Assembly: GCF_009914755.1 (NCBI RefSeq)
Contig: NC_060927.1
Source: the human T2T-CHM13v2.0 reference genome, Homo sapiens
Strand: one strand, 5' to 3'
DNA length: 64,000 nt
A program made the translations under genes and the position numbers. The notes under the pieces are model-generated. The model did not search any database, had not been told where the DNA came from, and saw only the letters and a list, made by a program, of their open reading frames with translations. Positions 13,368 to 27,663 of this stretch are shown in pieces (positions within the stretch are counted from its first letter, which is position 1; each line of letters opens with the position of its first letter).

Positions 13368-13787
13368 TGTATTCGTCAGGACTTGCACTTCTATAAAGAA
13401 ATACCTGAGCCTGGGTAATTTATAAAGAAAAGTGGTTTAATTGGCTCACAGTTCTACAGACTGTACAGGAAGCACGATGCTGGCATTTGCTCGGTTTCTG
13501 GGGAGGCCTCAGGAAACTTACAATCACGGCAGAAGGTAAAGGCGGAGCAAGTAATTCACACGGCCAGACCAGGAGGAAGAGAGAGAAAAGGGGGAGGTGC
13601 CACACACTTTTAAATAACCAGATCTCAGGAGAAGTCACTGTTGCAAGAACAGCACCAAGGGGGATGGTGTTCAATCAGGAAAAACCACCCCCGTGATCCA
13701 ATCACCTCCCACCAGGCCCCACCTCCAGCACTGGGAATTACATTTTAACCTGAGATTTGGATGGGCACACAGATCCAAACCCTATCA
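13368..13787 (-). mobile_element. MSTA-like solo MaLR LTR
   Basis: TGTATT...CTATAAAGAAATACCTGAG...GAGATTTGGATGGGCACACAGATCCAAACCCTATCA; TG...CA ends, ~420 bp. Confidence 0.9.
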
Positions 13788-14733
13788 CAGGATGATTTTT
13801 TTCTGTTATTTAGAAGAGAACTAGCTATATACCAAGGACACTGTTCTGACTCCTTGGATCAGAAGAGAATGACAGAACAGCACGTACCTAGAGATTTATC
13901 TAAACACTTCAGAAATCAAATGGCAAGTTTCATGTTTCTAGATACTTTCTGAAATACTTTCTACTATTTAGCATAACCAAGTATGTCTTGCATCTCTGTC
14001 TTCCTCTGTAGCTTCCCCTCCAGTCTCCATTAGAGCTCAGAAAATTCACTAGCTCTTCCTCTCGTAACATCTTAGATTTGACACAGAATATGGGAGCTAG
14101 AAGACACTTCATAGGTCATTTATTTCTGCTTCATATCAGATGTTTAACTCCCTCTGCAATATCCCTACAGTCATCTAGCATCTGTTTGTACAATAACAGT
14201 CACTGCAAAGTTGATAAGCAGCCAAAACATCCATTGTGTTCTCTACAATAGTACTTCCTGTTGGCACAGAGCTGCTTTTCAAACTAAATCTGTCAAACCT
14301 ACTTCTACTTCCTCAAAATCATCAGACCATCATATCCTACTTCAATCTCTCTTCTTTAGGTTAAATATTTTTAGTCTTTACCTGTTCCTTCTGAGTCATG
14401 ATTCCAAATCCTACTAATATCCTGGTCATTATCCCCTAGATGCATTCTAGTGTGATAATATTCCTTGAAAATCATGATTCCCAAGACCAGATATAATCTC
14501 CTCCTTCCCACCTGCAAATGCTTTGTGATCTGCATGGAATACAATGGTACAACCTACTGTATCATGCATTCTATTCCTTCTCTCATTTGTGATTTATTTA
14601 ATATGTGGGACACAGATTGAAACACAGTTGTAGTACAGAGAAACACTAGTAAAACTCAAGGGCTTATCTACATACTTGAAAGTGCTGTGGGAAGAATTGG
14701 AGGGCCTATGCATATATATATATATAAAATACA

Positions 14734-15024
14734 TTTTTCTTTTTGAGATGGAGTCTTCCTCTGTCACCCAGGCTAGAGTGCAGTGGCACGATCTCAGCTC
14801 ATTGCAAACTCTGCCTCCCAAGTTCAAGCAATTCTCCTGCCTCGGCCTCCTGAGTAACTGAGATTACAGGTGCCCGCCACCTCGCCCGGCCAATATTTGT
14901 ATTTTTAGTAGAGACAAGATTTCCCCATCTTGGCCAGGCTGGTCTTGAACTCCTGACCTCGTGATCCACCCACCTCAGCCTCCCAAAGTGCTGGGATTAC
15001 AGGCGTGAGCCACTGCACCTTGCC
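14734..15024 (-). mobile_element. AluS (Sg-like)
   Basis: Full Alu in reverse, GACCTCGTGATCC diagnostic, ACATTTT(T)CT flanks. Confidence 0.95.
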
Positions 15025-15547
15025 ACTAACACATTTTCTACAGTCTCATTAGCCATAATCCAGAAATCATCCTAATCTCTGAAGAAACCTAATAACAAAG
15101 CTATACTGAACAAAGCTATACAACAACATACACATTTATATCTATGTATGCTTATATATATGTATGTGAATATATAAAGTGTCCATACATAAACATTTTA
15201 ATCAGTCTTACTTTGCATCACAAGTAGTAGAATATGAATGTTTTTTCCCAAGATACTTACATCATGCAGTATATAATTGTTTTTATGAAAGCTGTTTTCC
15301 ACAATTCACAACAATGATATATATATAAACCTATATTATATATGTGTGTGTAAGTCTTTATCAATCATAAAGTGTTTTAGACCTACTTGATCTTTACAAA
15401 ACTCCAGGATGCTGTAAACTCAAGGAAAGAATTAGCACACTCATTTTCAAATAACACACAAAGCTTGTCAAAATGCACATAGTTTTTAAATTACAGAGAC
15501 AAAATTGTAACCTAGGCCTTTGTATTCCAAATCCAATAGCCCTCACC

Positions 15548-15830
15548 TTTTTGAAACAGGGTCTTGCTCTGTTGCCCAGGCTTAAGTGCAGTGGCGTAAT
15601 TATGGCTCACTGAAGCCTTGACCTCTCAAGCTCAAGTGATCCTCTCAACTCAGCCTCGAGTAGTTGGGACCATAAGCATGTGCCACCACCCCCAACTAAT
15701 TTATATATATATTTATATACAGGGTTTCCCATGTTGGCCAGGCTCATCTCAAACTCCTGGGCTCCAGCAATCCACCCATCCCAGCCTCCCAAATTGCTGG
15801 GATTACAGGCATGAGATACTGTGCCCAGCC
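15548..15830 (-). mobile_element. AluJ
   Basis: GCTCAAGTGATCCTC and CCTGGGCTC J-type features; linker converted to (TA)n. Confidence 0.9.
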
Positions 15831-16299
15831 TAATCTTCACTTTTAAAAACAGGAAACCATTTGTTAAAATCCATGATTAAGGTTTTTCTAATCATAAATA
15901 GAGCTAGACTCTTATGTAAATACTCCCCAAAGAAACCACATGGACTCCAAAAACCATTAGCAGCCTCTAGTCACAAATGCTATGATCATTCTTAATAGGA
16001 GAAATTCAAAACCAAGAAAAGCCGAAGCAAGATGAAACATTTATAAAACGTCTAACTTTCCACCCCAAGCTAATGGATTCTTGCCACCACTGCAATATCT
16101 TACATTGCTTAAAACAAATGTTCCCAGATCTAATTGTACAATATAATCTCGGGGGGAGCTTTTCTAAAATATAAATACAGAACCTTTCTGATAGAGGAGG
16201 TCTGGTGCAGGACAAGGCAATCTGTTTGACAAGAGTCTGATGTGACTCTGATATACTGGTCCAAGCCTGACATTTGCCAGCCATAGGAAGACGCTTTTA

Positions 16300-17870
16300 C
16301 ACTTGCAATATCCGCCGTCTTTTTCCTGCAACATCAGCTTTCCTTCTTCTAGTCAATCTATCTCATCAGCATATAAATATGCTAATAATATTTTTCATAA
16401 AAACAATGTTCTCATCATCTCACATTCCCTTACTTCTCCACACAACTTCACTGCAAAACTCTTAGAGAAAGATTTTTCCATACTCACTGTCCCCACTACC
16501 TCACTTTCTAGTTTCCTGAGCCCTTTCAAATCAGACTTTGTCACCCATTTCTCCGTCGAAACTGCTCACCAGGGTTACCAATGACCTCCACATTTCCCAG
16601 TCAAAAGATCCATTCCCAGTCTGCGTATTGTGGATAACTCTCATCAAGCTGGTCATTCCTTTCTGCCACTTTGTTCACTTAATTCCTGTGTTATCACACT
16701 CTCCTGAATTTCCTCTACTTCTCAAGCTACTCCTTCTGGTTTTTTGGTAGGATTTAGCTCCTGATGGCTAAATATAGAACATTGCAGGCTTAGTCCTTAT
16801 ATCTCTTTTCTTCCATATTGACACTAACTCCTTACATGACTAAATACAGTTCTGTGGTCCTAAATACCATCATCTATATGCTGATGAATCACACACTCAT
16901 GTCTCAGCCCGAGTCTCTCCTAAATTCCAGAATTTTATCTTTCTATTCAATGTCTCTTCTCTACTCCATGTGAAATTTAACACATTCAAACAGAACACTT
17001 TATTCCTCCGCCCTCTGCCGCCTCCACCCCACAACACAGATTTACTCTATTTCCCAAATCAGTAAAAGGTGTCACTCTTCACCTCGTTGCTCAGGACTGA
17101 TTACTTGAGTCCTTTTTGAGGACTCTCTTTCTCTCAAATCCCGCTGTCAATCAATAGCAAATCTTGACAGTTCTACCTTCAAAATATATTCCAAGTCAGA
17201 CTATGTGTCACTACTCAACACATTATCACCCTATTCCAAACCTCCCACCAGAAATGCTGAATAGCCTACTAAATGGTCTCCCTGTTAGAGTCTGTTTTCA
17301 TAGTGCAGACAGAGGGATCCGTTTATAAATGTAAATGGCTCATGCCACCGTTGTCCAAAATCCTTCCATGACTTCCCATAATCCTCATTCCCAAATATAT
17401 GTCACAGTGTAAGACACCAAATAATCTCCTTTCTTACAATTCTTCTTCCCTTTGCTCTTGCCGCACTGCTCTTCTTGCCCCTCTTTAAATATGCCAAGTT
17501 TTTTCCTGCTTCAGGACTTTTCCACCTGCTGTTCCTTCCAGCTGGGATACACCTTCCCCAGGTATTTGCAGGCTTGCTTCCTCACTTCCTTGGTCTTTAC
17601 TAAAAAGCAATTCCCTAGGAGAAAACTGCTCTATCCAAAGAGTTCTTCCTTTCACTCTCTATCCCCTCAATGGGTTTATTCTCTTTATAGCACCTATCAC
17701 CACCTGACATTCTATTATACACATGCAAGTTGTTTATTTATTGTTTTACTTCTGCACTAGAAAATAAGCTTTCAAAATCAACATTATTTGGCTCACCACT
17801 GAATCTCTAGTAATTAAAATAGCACCTGGCAAACAGTAGGCCATCAATAAATGAATGAAGGAATAAATGA
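16300..17870 (+). mobile_element. Long L2a fragment
   Basis: GGTTACCAATGACCTCCAC, TTCTACCTTCAAAATATATTCC, ending GCACCTGGC...CATCAATAAATGAATGAA. Confidence 0.85.
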
Positions 17871-18331
17871 AAGACAGCAAATTCATCAGCCTGAAGCACA
17901 TGTTCTTTCTTGGCCCCATGACTCGGTGCACATTTTCCCTTTTACTTAAAGTGTTCTTTCTCATCACCTTCTATGCCAAGTGTATGCCTATTTATTTTTA
18001 AAACTGCAACTTGAATGATAACTTGCTTTCATCTCTGTTTGCTCCTGTGGATAATTATTCTTATCTTTAGCACCTATTTTTGAAGATGTACTTTTGATTA
18101 TATATTTGCTCCCTGGCTACACTATGAACTCCTTGGGGCAGGCGTTGACTTATCTTTGTATGCCCAAAGTCCGGCACCTACTAGAAACAAAATTATGTCT
18201 AAATGTGTCTAATCACTAGTGCTTAAGTGAGCTTTTACTATTTCCTTCTGCCTGTGCTGTTATTTTTACTAACAGCTGATGTTCATTAATGTGGTTGCCA
18301 CACCTAAAAGTAGTTCAACTGTTCTCTCTGA

Positions 18332-18654
18332 ATTACAGATAAAAATGCATGTAGGTCCTAGGAATTAAACCCTGATTGGGTATATATTTGCTCACCATTG
18401 ACTGGCCTTTAATAATAGAAGTCAGTCTGGATATTGGAGTCCATTACCACACACTTTGTAAGAGTCTAGTTACTAGTTACTCTTTGATTACAGATAAAAA
18501 TGCATGTAGGTCCTAGGAATTAAACCCTGATTGAGTATATATTTGCTCACCATTGACTGAGAACTAGAGTGACACAAGCCTTTAATAATAGAAGTCAGTC
18601 TGGATATTGGAGTCCATTACCACACACTTTGTAAGAGTCTAGTTACTGGTAACT
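18332..18654. repeat. Tandem duplication of ~155 bp of unique sequence (2 copies)
   Basis: Copies begin ATTACAGATAAAAATGCATG at 18332 and 18487; one internal substitution and an 18-nt extra segment in copy 2. Confidence 0.95.
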
Positions 18655-19004
18655 GGTGAAACCCTTAAAACAAGTTTAAATCAATAAAATGCATTAATCT
18701 CTATCATGTTATCCCAGTCCACAACACAGACTGAAAAGTTTCTATTTAACTGATAAGGATAGCATCTTCTGTAAACAGCATCATAACAGAATAGGTCAGA
18801 AAAATTTGTGTGCAACAAAATAGCTATTGGAAGATATACCTCTTACGCCAAAGAAGCTGTAAGATTCATGTTGGTATAATTTGCTTCTGCCTTTAAATCT
18901 CTCTCCAAGGTGATATAAAATGAAGCTTTATTTTTATCCCTGATATAGTCTTTGTGTTATGAATGCATCAAATATAACAACAGTGGTACTAAATAAGTTA
19001 TATC

Positions 19005-19215
19005 TGTGTCATGCTTTTTATATTTTACGCTTTGGACGTACACTATTTCATTTAAACTTCACAATGCTTTGATGGAAGCAAGGATGATCATAATCACTTT
19101 ACAGATGAGAATTTTGAGAGTCAAAGAGGTTAAGAAACTTGCCGAAGGTCATGCATTGAGTGACCAAAATAACTAGATTTCAACCCAGGTCACAAGTCTA
19201 CAAATCCCAAGTGTA
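19005..19215 (-). mobile_element. MIR
   Basis: TTTACAGATGAGAATTTTGAGAGTCAAAGAGGTTAAGAAACTTGCCGAAGGTCA. Confidence 0.8.
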
Positions 19216-19276
19216 CTAAGAGGTAAAAGTTCTGGATTCAAAGATCCAGCCACTTTATACAGACTTGGGGCTTTGA

Positions 19277-19723
<447 letters not shown>

Positions 19724-20595
19724 TGCTAGGATCCAAATATTAAGATTCTGCATTTAAAGTCACTTACGCTCTCTGCACTTAAGCTCTGTAACCTTCATTA
19801 GAAAGTTACAACCCAGGTATTATTTTATTCTTCCTAAAATCTTTGTTGCAATAATAACAGCAAGGTGCATTAGAATTAGTGAAACTTGGTCATGCCTAAA
19901 GGATTCATGAGGTGAGAAGATCAATCAAAACAAAGTCCTGCCTCTGTCAATGTCTGCCTTAGAAATGCACTTACACCTTTCTGAGACAGCTGGCTATTTT
20001 TGGACATAAGAAACCTGCTAAGGATGCCCAGGTGGCTTGGAAAGTAGAGCTGACACAGATCTGAAGTCACTGGACAATCCCAGCTCCACATACTGTCTTT
20101 CAGTTATTTTTCCTCTTACACACCTGGAAGGATTTACTTGAGTCTCAAGTGCTCACTCTAGTTCCAGCTCAACCAAGAACCATGCCCTTTCCATTTAAAA
20201 GGTGAGATGACAAGAGTGCACCTATTTACAATTGAAGGTCTAGAAAATAGAATAGGATTTCAGACCATTCTCAGTTTGTCCCTGTGGTATTGCTGATATA
20301 ATAAATCCAACATCCCCCCCACCGCCACACACACACAGAATAGTCAGGCAATTTCTCAGCAGATGCTACAAATTTCGCTCTATGCCAGTCCGCTGTGCAA
20401 CAGCCTAATCTATCCTGTTCAGGTTACTACTCTTTCTGCTTCATTTACTGCCCAATTGCTTCTGAGACTAATCCAACTCTGAACACAGAATGTTTTTTTC
20501 TAGTTAACATGAATGTAAGAAATCAGAGAATATTAGCCAAGCAAGACTGCTCCTCCTACTATGACTGAATATGCATTCCCAAGTGAAATACAGAT

Positions 20596-20860
20596 AATAA
20601 ATAACTACATTGTGCTTAATAAGTGCCAGGCACTATCCTAAGAGCTTTGCATATATTAACTCATTTTACTCCTCACTATAATCCCCATAAAGTAGGTGCT
20701 ATTGTTATTGCCATTTTATGAATGGAGAAATTGAGGCACTGAGGGGTTAAAGAACAACCCTGAAGGTTGTTCAAGATCGCATAAGTGGTACCTCTCAGAG
20801 CCACGTAAAACCCAGGCAACGTGGCTCCATAGTCCATACTCTCAGCCGCTGTAGTAGACT
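20596..20860 (-). mobile_element. MIR, near full length
   Basis: GTGCCAGGCACTATCCTAAGAGCTTT...CCATTTTATGAATGGAGAAATTGAGGCAC. Confidence 0.85.
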
Positions 20861-20909
20861 ATTTCACATCAGGCTACCTCTTTCTAAATTTGATAAATTT
20901 CTTTTAACA

Positions 20910-21280
20910 GGCATACATTTCAAAAACACAAATTTGAGTGAAAAATAAGATTCAGAGAGATAAGTAAAGTTAGATATAATTTATATAAATGTTTAAAACA
21001 CTCAAAACCATTACATATATGTTAAGAATGTAAACACATGGACTGGAGGGACACACACCAAAATCATTATAGTTGTTACACCTGAGAAAAAAAGAATTGG
21101 AGAATAGAGCTGGGAAGGGTTCTAATAATTTTAATTGTATCACTAATATTTAACTTCTTCATTTAAAAAAACTTGAAATAAATATGACATAAAGTCAGCA
21201 AATTTGTTCATTCTAAGTTTTAGGTGTATTGGTGTTTGTTACCATATTCTCTGCACATTTCTGTTTCTTAACCTTAAAAA
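20910..21280 (+). mobile_element. L1ME-like 3' fragment
   Basis: GACTGGAGGGACACACACCAAAAT...ATATTCTCTGCACATTTCTG. Confidence 0.5.
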
Positions 21281-22433
21281 CAAACTACATATATTTTTTC
21301 TTCTATTCCTTCCTGTGCCTTCCCAATTCCAATGCCATGAACTCTACTTCCAGTTGAAGTCATGGAATCCATAAGTATTGCATTTTGGAAAACAAAATCA
21401 TCATGATGACTCATCTAGGGCTAGTTAGCGTAATAGTAACTACAAATAGAATATTTCCAGCTGAGAGTGGTGAAAACAACACAACAACCATACCACTCAA
21501 CTAGAATAGGAACTGAGCACACGCACACAATGACAGCAGCCAACCGTAATTGCCAGAGAAGATAACCTACAAACAAAAATATTTGGGAGAATTTATTTCT
21601 ACTCTAAACATAGCAGTCTCTGCTAGAACAATGACAATGCTGATTAAGAATGGCACACTTTAGACATCATTAATATCTTAATTAGGATCAGTTTTGCTCA
21701 CATGTTATCTCCCTTATCAAACTGTGAGTTCTTTTAAAATAGGGTTCATGCAGGCTCATTGCTTGGCACATGACATGGGTCTTAGTAATGCTAGTTGAAG
21801 AAAACATATAAATGAAGCAATATTTCATAATGTCATTCTTTCCCAAACCTAAAACATTCAACTCTTCAAGGAGTAGGGTGACCAATGAGGCTGGCCTTTA
21901 AAATTCCTATAGCTAGATAGATACCAGTCTGGGAAGTGTTTGTAATTGTTGCTCCCTAGGGTAGAGATGAGAATTTTCCCTTGTCCTAGAAATTACTTTG
22001 TTTTGAGAGGGACTGCCTTGTGAGTCTTTCTAATCATACAAATCTAAGTCCATTTCCCATTCTTTGTTCTTGGAAATACCCCTCCCACCACCACCATTGT
22101 AACAGATGCTTCCAACGAGGTGTTAAGTATTTTGTTTAGTAATTTACATTGGGTATATTTTAAGCAGAACCAAGTTTAAGCAGACTTAAAAATTTTTCCT
22201 CTGCATTTGGCTGCCCTGTTTGAAAATCCTTGTTTATCATTCTTAGAAGAACGTCTTATTTTTCCTAAAAGTCTGTGAGAACAGATCATCCCAAGAAGAG
22301 CATGTCAGACTAATCTCTTTGCAATCTACGTTGTATAACAGATAATGGAAAGGTGTAATGCTACTTGGGCCAGACTCTTAGTGTTTCTCATCCAGTGTTT
22401 AAAATGAAATAACCCAAACACATAGAAATGTAC

Positions 22434-22527
22434 AGATAACTACTGTGATTACTTTTTCTGGACCAGGAGTGGCCAGACTGTGTAGATAACTACTGTGATT
22501 ACTTTTCTGTACCAGGAGTGGCCAGAC
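22434..22527. repeat. 50-bp tandem duplication (2 copies)
   Basis: AGATAACTACTGTGATTACTTTT(T)CTG.ACCAGGAGTGGCCAGAC at 22434 and 22484. Confidence 0.9.
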
Positions 22528-23386
22528 CATGCCCTGTGGTACAAGCGTTTCTCCTATAAGACAGAGATGCTCTACCTTCAGTCATGTGGCAGTAAGAAAA
22601 GCAACTAACGTTGGAATGGGAGCAGGAATTTTCTCTATGGAATTGGGAGTAGCGCCTAATTGCTAGAGGAAACAAAGAATATCCATTATGCATATCTAGG
22701 CTAGAAGTTAAAGAGAGAAGACCAAGAGGCTCTTCTACGGAAGCACATGGCCTAAGGGCTGTAGAAGCAGTGATAGCTAATATCTAGCTTAACATTTCCA
22801 TTTTCTGCACTGTAATACACTTTTGTTTTCTGTAGGAATTCAGCAAATTATTCCAAAGACCCACAGTCTGTTTTTTCTTAAGACTGAAAGAGGAGAGTGG
22901 CAAAGTTCTTGCGCCTCAGCGGTTCTGAGTTTTCGAGGAAAGTTGGTGGATATGTCAAATAAACACCAGGATAAATTTGTGGAATGTATAAATACTTACA
23001 GTGTTTCTTAGAAATTACTTGGTGACAGAAAAACAGCAAGAAAATGAAAAATCGGCAGTCTACTCAATGAGCCCAGCTGTCAGGACTTGAGAAATAAAAG
23101 TGAATTTACTTTTTAGTCACAGGTTAATGAGGTCAAAAATTTTTGTTATATAATTTATAATGTTAAATTTTAATATGACTTTGGCTTGCCTCCTGTCTTG
23201 ATCCTCTGAATAATCTACCAACATAAGAGAGGGTTGAAAATGGATCACCATAGACTATTCAGTAGTAGTGTTACTATGCCGAATTCCAAAAAATCAGTGA
23301 TCCAAAATCACTTAAAAGACTATCACCCAAGTTATATGTTACAGCCAAATTACTGCCCAATACCATTTTACATTTTTTATCCGTGA

Positions 23387-23716
<330 letters not shown>

Positions 23717-24235
23717 ACCCAAAGGAATATAAATCATTCTACCATAAAGACATATGCATGTATATGTTCATTGCAGCACCGTTCACTTTGCAAAGACATG
23801 GAATCAACCTAAATGTCCATCAGTGGTAGACTGGATAAAGAAAATGTGGTACATTCACCATGGAATACTATGCAGTCATAAAAAAGAATGAGATTACGTT
23901 CTTTGCAGCAACATGGATAGATCTAGAGGCCGTTATCCTAAGCGAACTAACACAGGAACAGAAAACCAGATACTGCATGTTCTCACTTATAAGTGGGAGA
24001 CAAAGAAAGAGGACATATAAACACTAAGAGAGGAACCACGGACGCCAGGGCCTACTTGAGAGTGGAGGGTGTGGGGAGGGTGAAGATCAGAAAACTTTCT
24101 ATTGGGTACTATGCTTAGTACCTGAGTGATGAAATAACCTGTACCCCAAATCCCTACAACACACAATTTACCTGTGTAACAAACCTGTACATGTACCCCT
24201 GAACCTAAAAGAAAAGTGAAAATAATAAATAAAAG
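23717..24235 (+). mobile_element. L1PA (PA15/16-like) 3' end
   Basis: ACCCAAAGGAATATAAATCATTC...TTCTCACTTATAAGTGGGAG...ATGTACCCCTGAACCTAAAA. Confidence 0.9.
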
Positions 24236-26127
24236 AATATCTATGCCTTTGAAAGTTACACACTGTAAGAGTTAACATTTGCTCTCTCACTTTCCACAGT
24301 TACTTCCTGGCCCACAAAAGAGGCACTTCTGCCTTTCCCAGAGTATTGGAAATAAGAGTCTTTACCCTTCCATCCATTCTTCTCACTCTTTTCCAGGGAA
24401 GAGAAAACTTTTGTGTGTTTGGTGAGATCGGGGGGAAATTGAACACGTGAAGTGTAGCCTGTTGTTTCTTTCTCTGTGGATCAGGCTGGCCACAGGCTGG
24501 ACACATCCTGAGCTGCTGAGTAGGCACTAATGGGTCAGGACCTCGACCTGCCTCTACAGGTAGATGTGGAACCCAAATCTCTCTCACACTACTATTGGGG
24601 TTCAACAAAGATGAGGCGGGGATTCTCAGCAGATGAGTCCTCTCTGTAGACCCAGACCTTCCCTCTGGTGAGTTCGACGTGTCAAGATTTAGTTTTGGGA
24701 GAAAGGTGCTAAGTTCCATTTTGATCTTCTCCAATCTAGTATTCCAGCAATCAACTAAGAAGGTGGATAGCCATCTGTTTGACAAGTTTCTGTATTTTCT
24801 CAGTTGTCTGGAACTCAGAATGAAGGAGGGAGTTCAAAGGAAGAAAATGAAAGAAAAGTTATTACTGATGTCCTCCCCCAAGCCCACAGCACACACAAAA
24901 ATCTAAATATCAAATGGCATTGAGTAGACTGGTACGTATGGTACAGACCTGTAATGTCATTCCATAACGTAATTTAAAATCATGTTTGGGAGAATCTTTT
25001 GTAAAATGGCATATCCATTAGTATTTTTAAATACAGACAAGCTTAAAAAAAAAGAAACAAAAATGATTCACTATTCTCCACCTAGCTACACCCTTACTTA
25101 TATTTAAATAAAGTCAATATGTACACATCATTAGAAACAGCACAGAAATGCACAAAGCTAAAACGGGAAAGCCTCATTCCCGCTGCTTCAGAAGTTTCTC
25201 TCTTCAAGTAATCATTACTAATAGCTGCTTGTAAATCCTTTTGGAAAAAATATATGTTCCAAATATTTCAATATATGTACCTCTTTCCATATTTAGAATA
25301 ATTGTTTAGTCCCATAGAAAGGAAACAAAACATATTAATGTTTGTGTGATAACTTTTGTTTAAAAAATTCACACGCATAGAATAGAAGAGATTATATTGG
25401 GGTTATAGATTTATAAGAGATTTTCTTACTCTACAGAGATTTTACATTTTCAAAGTCTTGTGCTATCATCAGAAAACTGCATAATCTGAATATATATATA
25501 ATCACTAGTTTTTAATTATAAAAGAAACACATTTTTAATAAAAATTTAAATAATATAAACACATGTAAAGTAAAAAGCTAGTCTTCCTTTTCAGCTGTCA
25601 AATTCCCTAAAGGTAACTGCGGTTAATTGAAAAATCACAGAATTATAAATCTGGGAAGGAGATTTTATTTCTTATCGAGGGTAACAGCCTGCTAAGTGGC
25701 CATTCCCACAGGCTGGGAAGTGTAGCTCTGGCGAAGACCAGACACACGAACTTCGAAGGAGGAGGGTTGGGGTGGGAGCTTTATGCTAAACAGGGTGGCT
25801 AATATAGGAGGAGTTACAAATATTCATGAAAGTAGTTCTGATGCATGCATACTGAACAAATATGCATGTAACATATGACCTATGTTCACTTTGGGGTGGA
25901 GGCTTAATATTAAGTGTATTACAGTTGGGCCCAGTGGGTCAAAAGGTGAAGCAGGGATAGGAAGGCACTCAAGTGCATAGCTTCTGTAAGCCAGCCAGAG
26001 CCAGTGCATGGTCAATGGTCTCTTATCAGGAGAAAGTTACTGATATCAATCTCTTGTCCAATCAAAGCTACAGTTATCACTTGTGGAAGAGAAGTTGGGG
26101 GTCAGTTAGCATTTGGTGGAGCTGTAA

Positions 26128-26541
<414 letters not shown>

Positions 26542-26767
26542 AACATAGTTTATTCTTTAAGTGTAGGGGTGCATAACTTAACCCTTGCCTGGGATGGCTT
26601 TAGATTCTATTTATAATTTGCTAATTTTGGGCCACAAAGAGTCTGTTCTACCAGCCGTATGATCTCCATTTTAACAATGCTGGTCAGTTGTGTCTAAACT
26701 GCAAAACAGAGAGGATATAACGGCGAATCTGACCTCCCATCTAGTCATGGCCATTAACTCAGTTTTT

Positions 26768-27060
26768 TTTTTTTTTTTGAGATGGAGTCTTGCATTGTCA
26801 CCCAGGCTGGAGTGTAGTGGTGTGATCTCGGCTCACTGAAAGCTCCGCCTCCTGGGTTCACGCCATTCTCCTGCCTCAGCCTCCCAAGTAGCTGGGACTA
26901 CAGGCGCCTGCCACCACGCCCGGCTAATTTTTTTGTATTTTTAGTAGAGACGGGGTTTCACCGTGTTAGCCAGCATGGTCTTGATCTCCTGACCTCGTGA
27001 TCTGCCCGCCTCGGCCTCCCAGAGTGCTGGGATTACAGGCGTGAGCCACTGTGCCCGGCC
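26768..27060 (-). mobile_element. AluY
   Basis: Y diagnostics, CpG-rich; TSD AT(T/G)AACTCAGTTTTT. Confidence 0.95.
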
Positions 27061-27201
27061 ATGAACTCAGTTTTTACAGCTTTTAAGGCTCTTCTGGGGT
27101 GAGCCTCTTGGTTGAGAGGGGGGTCCAGTCAGTCAATTAAGGGGCTTAGCATTTAGTTGTAGTTTATACTGCCATTAGCAATTTTTAATGCATTTGACCA
27201 A

Positions 27202-27203
<2 letters not shown>

Positions 27204-27242
<39 letters not shown>
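27204..27242. repeat. (CA)n microsatellite, ~19 units
   Basis: Pure AC run. Confidence 0.95.
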
Positions 27243-27246
<4 letters not shown>

Positions 27247-27554
27247 AGCACACAGACATTTTAAATAGATATAAATATATTTAAAATTTATAAATTTTTT
27301 CAGGATAAAATAATGTACATAGACCTAAATCTTCACCTGGGGAAGTCTCGGTTTCCTAATTTGTCTTCTATAACTGTAAGGAGGAATGCTATCTTACTTT
27401 ATCTCACGATAAGATTTGCAAGCCCAAAGGTCAAAGGTAATGATTGATGTTCTCCATATTCCGTACCATGGCAGTTTTAGACAATGCAACACCAACTTTT
27501 CACTCTCCTTTTCACCACTTTTAGGTAATCCCCAGGCTGCTTGTGAACAGAAGA

Positions 27555-27663
27555 CTGTCACCAGGCTGAAAGGGCTATTACTGCCCAGAATTCCTGATCT
27601 CAATTAATCTTCTGGCCTCAGCCTTTTAGGAACTGGAACTACAGGCACATCTACTATCTCTAG
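27555..27663 (-). mobile_element. Degenerate FAM/FLAM (7SL-derived monomer)
   Basis: CCAGGCTG..GGCTATT..CCTCAGCC..GGAACTACAGGCAC. Confidence 0.5.

Noticed and set aside
20752-20772. 8-bp hairpin GAACAACC/GGTTGTTC in a MIR
   Set aside because: Short enough to be chance
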